The notes under the pieces are model-generated. The model searched no databases. It worked only from the letters and a program-made list of their open reading frames with translations, and was not told the origin of the DNA. This document shows positions 56,469 through 64,000 of a stretch of 64,000 nt of DNA, piece by piece. This stretch comes from Planctomycetota bacterium. GTDB lineage: Bacteria; Planctomycetota; B15-G4. How positions within the stretch are numbered: the first letter of the stretch is position 1; every line of letters starts with the position of its first letter. The stretch is from the NCBI GenBank assembly GCA_965248575.1, contig CBDFJQ010000002.1, forward strand, positions 4,096,001 through 4,160,000, in the 5' to 3' direction. A program made the translations under genes and the position numbers.

Positions 56469-57953
56469 ATGATCGTGACGTGCTTGCTGTGGGTGGGTTT
56501 CCTAGGGCTCGTTCCCCAGGACCCTGAGCCTGGGTTTTCGGCGCAGACCTACTCGCTGGACGCAGCGGCGCCTGCGGGCTTCGACCGCGACTGGGCGGCC
56601 GCGCAGACCCTGCGGCACCTGCAGGAGTTGGTGGCCATCAACACCACGAATGCGCAGCAGGCCGACCCAGGGGCCACGCGCCCCAACGGGAACGAGTTGG
56701 CCACGGCCCTTTGGTTCGAGCAGCAGTTGAAGGGCTTGGACGGCGTGGAGACGCATGTGCTGGACGCAGGCGACGGCCGCGCCAACTTCGTCGCGCGCCT
56801 TCGGGCGGTGGATCCGGTGGGGCGACCCGTGCTGGTCATGGGCCACATGGATGTGGTCGGCGCCGACACCTCCAAGTGGAACACGCCCCCCTTCGTGGCC
56901 ACGACCGAGGGCGCCTACGTCTATGGCCGCGGCGTCATCGACTGCAAAGGTCCGCTCTCTGCGGAGCTGACGGCCTTCCTGGTGCTGGCCAAGCGCCGTG
57001 CCCAGCTCAAGCGCGACATCGTCTTCCTGGCCACGGCGGCGGAGGAGGGCGGGCCGGAGATCGGCATCGGGCGCGTGCTCGAAGAGCACCGGGAGCTGCT
57101 GGGCGGCCCCGAGTTCGCCCTGAACGAAGGCGGGCGTGTTCGCATCGATGGCGGCCTCATCCGCTCCGTGAACATCCAGACCACCGAGAAGCTGGCCTAC
57201 AACGTGGTGGCCACGGCGCAGGGTCTCGGCGGCCACGGCTCGGTGCCCCTGCCGGACAACGCCCTCGCAGCCCTGGCGCGGGCCGTGGCGCGGGTGCACG
57301 AATGGCGGGCGCCCGTCAGGCTCAACGCCACGACGCGCATCTTCCTGGAGCGGCAGGCGTTGATCGAGAGCGACCCGCTGCTGCGGGCGGCCATGCAGAC
57401 GCTGAGCACGGCGCGCAACGGCAGTGCAGAGTTTGACCGGGCGGCTTCGGTGCTGTCGGGGGTGCCGCACTACTCGGCCATCCTGCGCACGGGGCAATCC
57501 CTCACGCGCCTCGATGGGGGCTTCCGCAGCAACGTCATCCCCTCCTCGGGCAGCGCAACCTTCAACGTCCGCGTGCTGCCCAGTGACAACATCCTGTCCA
57601 TCGTCGAGGACATGAACCGCGTCGGCGCGGAGCCGACAGTGGTGTTCGCCCTGGACGGTAGCCCGAAGGCCGCCCCTCCGGCTTCGCCCGTGGATTCAGC
57701 ACTGTTCCGTGCGATGTCTGAAGCGGCGACCGCCATGGTGCCCGACGTCGTCGTGGTGCCCTTCATGTCGACCGGCGGCACCGACGGCGCAGCCTTGCGT
57801 GCGGTGGGCGTCCCGACCTACGGGATCCTGCCCATCCCCATGCCCTTGGAAGACGAGCTGCGCATGCACGGGGACAACGAGCGCGCGCCGCTGGCGGGCC
57901 TCGGCTGGGCTGCGGAGTACATCTACCGCATCCTGTTGGGTGTCGCGGGCTGA
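56469..57953 (+). CDS. Secreted M20/M25/M40-family metallopeptidase
   Basis: GAGGAG RBS before ATG 56469; GHMDVV, GRGVIDCKG, AEEGG, NEG, GHGS and HGDNE. Confidence 0.9.
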   Translation: MIVTCLLWVGFLGLVPQDPEPGFSAQTYSLDAAAPAGFDRDWAAAQTLRHLQELVAINTTNAQQADPGATRPNGNELATALWFEQQLKGLDGVETHVLDAGDGRANFVARLRAVDPVGRPVLVMGHMDVVGADTSKWNTPPFVATTEGAYVYGRGVIDCKGPLSAELTAFLVLAKRRAQLKRDIVFLATAAEEGGPEIGIGRVLEEHRELLGGPEFALNEGGRVRIDGGLIRSVNIQTTEKLAYNVVATAQGLGGHGSVPLPDNALAALARAVARVHEWRAPVRLNATTRIFLERQALIESDPLLRAAMQTLSTARNGSAEFDRAASVLSGVPHYSAILRTGQSLTRLDGGFRSNVIPSSGSATFNVRVLPSDNILSIVEDMNRVGAEPTVVFALDGSPKAAPPASPVDSALFRAMSEAATAMVPDVVVVPFMSTGGTDGAALRAVGVPTYGILPIPMPLEDELRMHGDNERAPLAGLGWAAEYIYRILLGVAG

Positions 57954-57975
57954 CTCCGGCTGAGCGGCCTCGGGT

Positions 57976-59067
57976 TCAGTCTTCGCTGGGGGCGACGCTG
58001 GAATCGACCTTGAACGGCAGTCTCAGCGTGGGACTGCCCATGGCCGAGAACCAGTCCACGTACTCGTCCACCAGCTCGACCTCCAAGAAGTAGGAGCGCA
58101 TCGGGATCTCATCGATGGTCGGGATCTCCACATCCCAGGTGCTGGTTTCCCCGGGACCCACACGCTGGTCGCGGTAGCCGCTGCGCACCCGATGCAGGAC
58201 GCGTCCGTGCAGGGCGAGCACGCGCACTTCCATGTGCACGCCGGACTCCTTGTCCGCACGGTGCATCCAGGGCAGGGGGCTGGTGTTCGTTGTGCGCACG
58301 GTGAGGGAGAGGCCGCTGCCTGGGGCCAGCACCTCAGGGACCGGCTCCACGACGATCTCGGCGCGGTAGAAGTACGGCACATAGTGCTCGCGGGCCCACT
58401 CCCGGAAGAGGGCCGGGCTGTGTCGGCGCTCGGGGTCACTGGCCAGCCAAGCCTCGTAGTTATCCAGCACCTGGGGCAGGTCCGAGCCCGACAGCGATTG
58501 GACGAAACCCATCTCGAAACCGAACTGCTCGCGTGCCTGCGCGAGGCTGCGGCCGTCCAGGATCTGCGAGATCGCCGCCGCGAGTCCGCTGCGCTCGACA
58601 CCCGCCTGGCAGTGCATGAGCAGGGGACGCCCGGCTTCTGTCAGCTGCTTGATCAAGAGCTGAAGTGTGGCGGGGCTGGGCAGCCGTTGGCCCGTGAGGT
58701 CGACGCTCAGGTGTTGCAGCCCCAGGGAGCGGACATGCTCCTGCTCCGCCACGAACCAGGCGTCGTCATTGTCCGCCCGGCGCAGGTTCAGCACGGTCCT
58801 CAGGTTCAGCTCGCTCGCGAGGCGCGTGATGTCCTCGCTGCTCGGCTGGGCGCTGCGCCAAACGCCGCCCTCGTTGACTGGGTGCAGGTTCAGACCGAAA
58901 GCGATGGGCCAGGCGAACCCCAGGAACAGGGCCACGAGCACGACGGCGACCAGGCCCAGGACGCGCGGCCAGCGGCGGGCCGGACCGGCCGGAGGGGTCG
59001 GAGGGGTCGGAGGGGTCGGAGGGGTCGGCGACTCATCGTGGGCGGGAGCGTCAGCAGGCTGGCTCAT
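57976..59067 (-). CDS. Membrane-anchored Cys-based (PTP/DSP) phosphatase with a C-terminal Ig-like domain
   Basis: N-terminal TM helix; WRSAQP, VLNLR and HCQAGVERSG (CX5R); beta-rich tail VGPGET..ELVDEYVDWF. Confidence 0.85.
   Translation of the reverse strand: MSQPADAPAHDESPTPPTPPTPPTPPAGPARRWPRVLGLVAVVLVALFLGFAWPIAFGLNLHPVNEGGVWRSAQPSSEDITRLASELNLRTVLNLRRADNDDAWFVAEQEHVRSLGLQHLSVDLTGQRLPSPATLQLLIKQLTEAGRPLLMHCQAGVERSGLAAAISQILDGRSLAQAREQFGFEMGFVQSLSGSDLPQVLDNYEAWLASDPERRHSPALFREWAREHYVPYFYRAEIVVEPVPEVLAPGSGLSLTVRTTNTSPLPWMHRADKESGVHMEVRVLALHGRVLHRVRSGYRDQRVGPGETSTWDVEIPTIDEIPMRSYFLEVELVDEYVDWFSAMGSPTLRLPFKVDSSVAPSED
58991..59026. repeat. Four perfect 9-bp tandem repeats GGAGGGGTC encoding a Pro/Thr linker
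   Basis: Read directly; encodes PTPPTPPTPPTPP in the phosphatase N-terminus. Confidence 0.92.
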
Positions 59068-59122
59068 GCAACGAGCAGACCAAACCGAGAGCGGTCGCCC
59101 AAGCCTGCATCGGGAAGTCGCC

Positions 59123-61144
59123 TCAGGGGGAGGCCGGCGCAGTCGCCGAGGGCTCCAGCTGCCCCGCTTGTTCCAGGGAGGCTCCCTCTTCCACAGAGAT
59201 CTGGGTGCCGCCGTTGCTCTCGACCGCCGTCCCCTGCAAGCGCGCATGGCTGGGCGCCAACAGCAGGACACCGATGCCGGTGTTGCCCCGGATGCGCCCT
59301 CGGTCCAGCTGCGCACGCCCCTCGAAGTCCAGCTGCAGGCCGTGCCCGAGGTTGTCTTGGATGCGGCAGTCCACGAGATCCGCATGAGACTGGCGCCGCA
59401 CGAGCACGCCGCCTTGTTCGTTCGCCGCGAGCAGGCATCCCATCAAGGAGGTGTCGGCGCTTTGATCCACGAGCAGGCCGAGGCCCTTGTTGCCCGTGAT
59501 GTCGGTGGCGCGAAACACCCCGGCCCCGCCGCGCGTGATCCACACGCCATGCCCACCGTTGTCGGCGATGGTGCACGACTCCACGCTGGGATTGCCGCCC
59601 GCAGAGACCGAGACGCCGACCCCTCCATGCCCCGAGATGGAGCAGCCCAGGAAATCACCTCGGGTCTCGAAGCCGCTGGACACCACGGCGGCGCCACCGC
59701 CCTGCTCGATGCGGCACTTGAGGAAGCGTGTCGTGGCTCCATCGGCGAGCACGACCTGCGCCCAGCGATTGCGGTCCTCGGTGTAGCTGCCGTTGCCGTT
59801 GATGGTGCAGTCGTCGAACACGCCTTCGCTGCCGAGCCAGCTGAAGATGCCGTTCTCCCCTGCGTCCAGGACCGACGTGCGCAAGAAATGGGGCTGGGCC
59901 GCGTCCGTCATGAAGATGTTGTAGAAGACGCTGCCCACGATGCGGCTGTCTTCGAAACGCGGTGCGGCCGCCAGGATCAGCAGGCCATGGCCCAAGGCGT
60001 TCTCGATGGTGCAGTCCCGGAAGGTCGGTGTGCTCTCCTGCTCGATGAACACGAGGCCCGTGAGGATGTGGTGGTCCGTGCCGTCGCGCAGTTCGGTGGC
60101 GATGTGATCGCGGGTCATGCCGCCTGTGTGGTGGTCGGCTTCCATGGGCGTGCCGGAGACGGTGCAACCCTCGAAGAGGCCAGCACTGCCTCCCGAGGCA
60201 TGGATCCCTGGCAGGCCGCCGGGGGAACGGATGGTGACGCCGCGCAGCTGGGGTTCGGCGCCGTCCTCCAGCCAGACACCGGCCACGCTGTTGGACCACA
60301 GGAAGCCGCCAGCCAGGGAGCATTCGCCGGCGCCCGAAACGGCGAGCCCCGTGCCATTGGAGGCAAAGCGCGTGTCGCGCGAGCGCAGGACCCCGCCTTC
60401 GACGGACAGCCCGACGCCATTGCGCGAGAACTCCGTCTGCATCAGCGCCAGGCGGGCCCCGTCGCTGAGCCGGATGCCGAGACCTTCACTGGAGGTGACG
60501 GCGGCGCGCATGAGGCGCGCATCCACGCCTGCGCCCTGGAGCAGCAAGCCGTCACCCTGGCCGCCGACGAAGACACAGGAGTCCACGTCGAGAGTCCCCG
60601 CGTCCGCCTGCAGCGCGGCGCCTCCCGCGGGAGCGTGGACCACCAGGTTGCGCAAGATCACGTGAGCGTTCTCGATGCGCAGGGTCGCTTGGGTCGTTCC
60701 TTGATCGGTGCCCTGACCGGTGCTGTCAGAGGTGCCGACAGAGGTGCCGTGCAAGGACGGGCGAGACCCCTCGGCTTCCAGGATCAACGGCTTGTCCAGG
60801 AGCAGGTTGCCTTCGTAGCGACCCCCGGCGATCAGGATGCGCGTTCCGGCTGCTGCTGCGGCCACGGCCTCTGAGAGGCTGGCGTAATCGCCGGTCCCGT
60901 CGGCGGACACCCGCAGCTCGGCGCTCACCAAGAAGGGACGTTCGGTGATGTCGCTGGCCTCGGGGACCTCCCAACGGGTTGGGACCACCGGAGGAGCTGG
61001 CGTCTCTGGGGGAACAGGCGCCAAAGGATGTGCGTGACCCCCGGGCGCGCCGCACGCGCTTGCAAGCATCAACACAAGCGTGGCGCAGACGGTGGTTGCG
61101 TCGAGGGTCATGCTGCCCGAGCGAGGCCCGCGCGGCGGGTTCAT
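59123..61144 (-). CDS. Right-handed parallel beta-helix repeat lipoprotein
   Basis: LASAC lipobox; VSADGTGDYASLSEAV..GRYEG cap; many CTIxxNxxxG repeats. Start 61144 or 61111. Confidence 0.85.
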   Translation of the reverse strand: MNPPRGPRSGSMTLDATTVCATLVLMLASACGAPGGHAHPLAPVPPETPAPPVVPTRWEVPEASDITERPFLVSAELRVSADGTGDYASLSEAVAAAAAGTRILIAGGRYEGNLLLDKPLILEAEGSRPSLHGTSVGTSDSTGQGTDQGTTQATLRIENAHVILRNLVVHAPAGGAALQADAGTLDVDSCVFVGGQGDGLLLQGAGVDARLMRAAVTSSEGLGIRLSDGARLALMQTEFSRNGVGLSVEGGVLRSRDTRFASNGTGLAVSGAGECSLAGGFLWSNSVAGVWLEDGAEPQLRGVTIRSPGGLPGIHASGGSAGLFEGCTVSGTPMEADHHTGGMTRDHIATELRDGTDHHILTGLVFIEQESTPTFRDCTIENALGHGLLILAAAPRFEDSRIVGSVFYNIFMTDAAQPHFLRTSVLDAGENGIFSWLGSEGVFDDCTINGNGSYTEDRNRWAQVVLADGATTRFLKCRIEQGGGAAVVSSGFETRGDFLGCSISGHGGVGVSVSAGGNPSVESCTIADNGGHGVWITRGGAGVFRATDITGNKGLGLLVDQSADTSLMGCLLAANEQGGVLVRRQSHADLVDCRIQDNLGHGLQLDFEGRAQLDRGRIRGNTGIGVLLLAPSHARLQGTAVESNGGTQISVEEGASLEQAGQLEPSATAPASP

Positions 61145-61145
61145 C

Positions 61146-62567
61146 TCAGCGCTCTTCCAAAGGCGAGGTCTCGGTGGAGACGATGGGCGCCGCACGACCC
61201 TTCAAGACCCGCACGACGCCGGTTGTGGCGCGCGGGCCGCCTTGTTGCAGGGCGCTGACCACCACGTCTGCGTGACCGTCCTCGTCGATGTCACCCAGAC
61301 CGCTCACCGCATATCCGAGCATCATGCTGGGACGCTCGCCGAGCACAGTCATCATGGGCGCGCCCGACTTGCCCGAGTAGACGCCCGCCATGCCCGCGGC
61401 GTGGCCACCCTGGTTTGAGTCATGGGCGCCCACCAGCAGATCGTTCGTGCCGTCGCCGTCCACATCGCCCGCACCCGCCACGGAGAAACCGAAGCGCACA
61501 CGTTCCAGGGGCCCGTCGATGTCGAGCAGCAGGCTGCCGTCCTTGCCGGACATGACCCAGGCCTTGCCGTGCGGCGTGCCTGCCACGAGGGCCGAGGGGT
61601 CGCCCACCACGACGTCGGCAAAGCCGTCGCCGTCGATGTCGCCCGCATGGTCCAGTGAGCTACCGAAGCGCCCGGCGGCTGGCCCAAAGGCATGCAGGAT
61701 CAGGCGCCCGTCAGCGCCTGAGAGCAGGGCCACGCGACCGCTGCGCAGCCCTTCATTGGAGGCACCTGGTGCGCCTACAGCCAGGTCGTCGACACCGTCG
61801 CCGTCGAGATCCGGCAAGCGAGCCATGCAGAGGCCAAAGCCTTCTTCAGCGGTGCCGCCGGGCGAGTACCAGAGCAGGCCGCCGTCTTCGGAACCGGACA
61901 GGCAGAAGACGCCCCCCGCTTCCTGGCCGCGCAGCTCATCGCCCGGTTCGCTCACCACCAGGTCCGGGTAACCGTCGCCGTCGACGTCGTCGAGGCCGGT
62001 GACGGCCCGGCCCATGTTGCCGTAGGGCGTCTCGCCCACGACGCGCAGGATCTCTTCGCCATCGCTGCCTGAGTAGAGGCGCACGGACCCGCCGCTGAGG
62101 GCGCCCTCGGTGTCGAGCGGCACGCCGACGAGGATGTCGATGGACCCGTCTCCGTCCACATCACCCGCTGTGTCCAGGGCCGTGCCGAAGCCATCGTCGG
62201 GCAGTTCGGAGCGCAGCTCGAGCAGGACGCGACCGGTGCGCGCCGAGAGCACCTGGACCGTGCCCGGATGCTCCGCGGAGTGGCGCGGTGCGCCGACGAG
62301 CAGTTCTGGGAGACCATCGCCGTCCATGTCGTGCGAGGCACGCCGCACGATGCGGCCGAAGCCATCATCCGGGGCGAGGCCCTCGGCGCTCCAGAGCACG
62401 TCTTGAGCAAACGGGGCCACGGGGGCCAGAGGGGCCGGCGCTGGAGGGGCAACGGCGTCCTGAGGCCGGAACGCGGCCGAGGCGGGTGTCGCCGCTGCTG
62501 CGAGCGTCGCCAGAGACAGGGCGCACACGGCCAGGCGAGTGGCCAGGCGTGCCAGCGCAGTCGTCAT
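61146..62567 (-). CDS. Secreted FG-GAP/integrin-alpha beta-propeller protein
   Basis: Signal peptide; seven FG..GDxDGDGxxD(L/V)xVGA..SGxxG repeats. Confidence 0.9.
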   Translation of the reverse strand: MTTALARLATRLAVCALSLATLAAAATPASAAFRPQDAVAPPAPAPLAPVAPFAQDVLWSAEGLAPDDGFGRIVRRASHDMDGDGLPELLVGAPRHSAEHPGTVQVLSARTGRVLLELRSELPDDGFGTALDTAGDVDGDGSIDILVGVPLDTEGALSGGSVRLYSGSDGEEILRVVGETPYGNMGRAVTGLDDVDGDGYPDLVVSEPGDELRGQEAGGVFCLSGSEDGGLLWYSPGGTAEEGFGLCMARLPDLDGDGVDDLAVGAPGASNEGLRSGRVALLSGADGRLILHAFGPAAGRFGSSLDHAGDIDGDGFADVVVGDPSALVAGTPHGKAWVMSGKDGSLLLDIDGPLERVRFGFSVAGAGDVDGDGTNDLLVGAHDSNQGGHAAGMAGVYSGKSGAPMMTVLGERPSMMLGYAVSGLGDIDEDGHADVVVSALQQGGPRATTGVVRVLKGRAAPIVSTETSPLEER

Positions 62568-62726
62568 GTCGCAAAGCTCGAGACGCAAGGCGGTGCTCCG
62601 AAGGAGGCTCAGGCGGCGAGCGATGGATGGGGACAGGTGATGGCAGGGAGCCGATGACGAACCGGACACTATGTCCGCGACATCCCACCCAGTCTACGAG
62701 TTGATGCCCCTGGAGCGAGCAGTCGC

Positions 62727-63770
62727 TCAAGGGTGGGGCGTGATCTCGAAGGGAGTCTCCGCCATGGGTGTCCAGTGCATGCGCGGCGGCTCGGTTCCGC
62801 TGCGCTGCCTGTAGATGCGCAGGTGCGGAAAGAGTGCGTTGCTGGGCAAGGGGTGCTCTGCCCACGGATTGAGAATGAGATCGCCCCTCATGAACAGCCG
62901 GCCCTCTTCGTCGTCGCGACGGCCGAAGACGAGCACGGCCGACACGTGGCCGAAGTGCCAGCGGTCCCCGAAGAAGGTGCCGTCGCTGGGGTCGTGGGTG
63001 GAGTGCCATTCGCCTTCGGGGTCCTGCTCCCGGTCGGCTTCTCCGAACGCCCAGTCGGCGATGATGGATGTGAGCTGCGAATCCGTGTCTTGATAGATGC
63101 AGATGATGTAGGGCAGCGCTTCCCGCAGGCAGAGCTCCTTGTAGGCGGCGGCCTTCTTCTCCAGCACGCGCACGACGGAATCGCTCAGTTCGTGGGCTTC
63201 GGCCTGCTCTGCGGCAGTTCGTTCTGCGGCGCGCTTGCGTGCGCGCGCACGGGCTTCGCGCTTGTCCGCTTCGCGGCGCAGGTCGTGCCGAGCGTGCGAG
63301 CTTGGGCCAGCCTTCCCGCTGGGTGATGCGCGCGGGAGCTCAAAGGAGTCGGCGCACTCCGGGGAGTGGTCCCAGGGGTTCTCGCCGCGGCCCGTGATGG
63401 AACGCACCTCGGCCAGGATGCGCAGACCGGGTCGCTTCAGCATCAGGTCGGGGGACTGCTTGCCGATGCGCGGTTCGAACTCGAGTTCGAAGCCCTCCCG
63501 GGTCATGACACCCGCCGCCAGCAGGTGCGCCATGGCGCCGGCGTGTTGCCCCCAGCGTTCGTTGAGCAGACCTTTGCGCAAGACGTCCTGGCTGTCCGCG
63601 GCGAGCTGCCAGCAGTGCGCCAGCACCCGGCGCATGTTCATGGCTTCGGGGCTGTCCGACAGCAGCAGGCGCCGCACGTGGGAGTCGACCGGCAGGTCCT
63701 GGGCCCAGACCAGGCAGCCCTGGTCGAAGAGGGCGTGCTCAGACGGCTTGAGGTTGGGTGCGGGCTTCAT
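62727..63770 (-). CDS. Hypothetical protein, PD-(D/E)XK restriction-endonuclease-like pattern
   Basis: FEPRIGKQSPDLML..ILAEVRS, then LPYIICI, SAVLV and NPWAEHPLP. Confidence 0.55.
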   Translation of the reverse strand: MKPAPNLKPSEHALFDQGCLVWAQDLPVDSHVRRLLLSDSPEAMNMRRVLAHCWQLAADSQDVLRKGLLNERWGQHAGAMAHLLAAGVMTREGFELEFEPRIGKQSPDLMLKRPGLRILAEVRSITGRGENPWDHSPECADSFELPRASPSGKAGPSSHARHDLRREADKREARARARKRAAERTAAEQAEAHELSDSVVRVLEKKAAAYKELCLREALPYIICIYQDTDSQLTSIIADWAFGEADREQDPEGEWHSTHDPSDGTFFGDRWHFGHVSAVLVFGRRDDEEGRLFMRGDLILNPWAEHPLPSNALFPHLRIYRQRSGTEPPRMHWTPMAETPFEITPHP

Positions 63771-64000
63771 CGCACGGCTCAGCGGCTGGCGGCAGCGCCT
63801 GGGCTGCAGCCGTCATGTCGGACACGATGCGGCGCGCCACCCGGCGGGTCCAGGCCCGGGAGACGACGGCGGGCAGGGCCTGGCCCAGCAGCGCCAGGCT
63901 GGAGGGGCGGTCGCCCCAAGGTGTTTGACCGATCCGGGCGCACGTGCCCCGGTAGTGCCGGTCGGTGAACAGCAGCAAGAGCAAGGTGCTGGCGCCGAGC
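63739..64000 (-). CDS. C-terminal fragment of a gene extending beyond the window
   Basis: Frame open to the window edge with a stop at 63739; function not assignable. Confidence 0.35.
   Translation of the reverse strand, partial: LGASTLLLLLFTDRHYRGTCARIGQTPWGDRPSSLALLGQALPAVVSRAWTRRVARRIVSDMTAAAQALPPAAEPCDEARTQPQAV

Overview
This is a GC-rich, gene-dense bacterial chromosomal segment. Its content points to a planctomycete-like organism (inferred from an ECF sigma factor next to Ser/Thr kinases, FG-GAP and ASPIC/UnbV proteins, DUF1080 and a sulfatase-like lipoprotein). I saw no rRNA, tRNA, CRISPR array, integrase or transposase. The main feature is a tightly coupled 12-gene operon (23080-37981): hemA, hemC-hemD fusion, hemB, hemL, sensor kinase, OmpR regulator, hemE, hemN, hemG/Y, DUF2868, DUF3482 GTPase and an EamA transporter. 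The hem/two-component gene order matches what I recall for the Leptospira HemK/HemR heme locus. Just upstream of hemA is a perfect TGACA-N6-TGACA direct repeat (23032-23047), the consensus reported for Leptospira HemR, followed by a TAGACT -10 box suggesting a leaderless transcript. Together these suggest a heme-precursor-sensing circuit in a distant phylum, extended by uncharacterised genes where ferrochelatase might be expected. Other content: rsgA, a DEAD-box helicase, orphan eboE, a PLP decarboxylase, an ECF sigma/dual kinase module, arsR-acr3, serA-serB-class V aminotransferase, a B12 radical SAM enzyme, an M20 peptidase, and several secreted repeat proteins. Some hypothetical proteins carry hidden motifs (GNAT-like, degenerate gluzincin-like, PD-(D/E)XK-like). 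All calls come from motif recognition by eye, and no searches were run.
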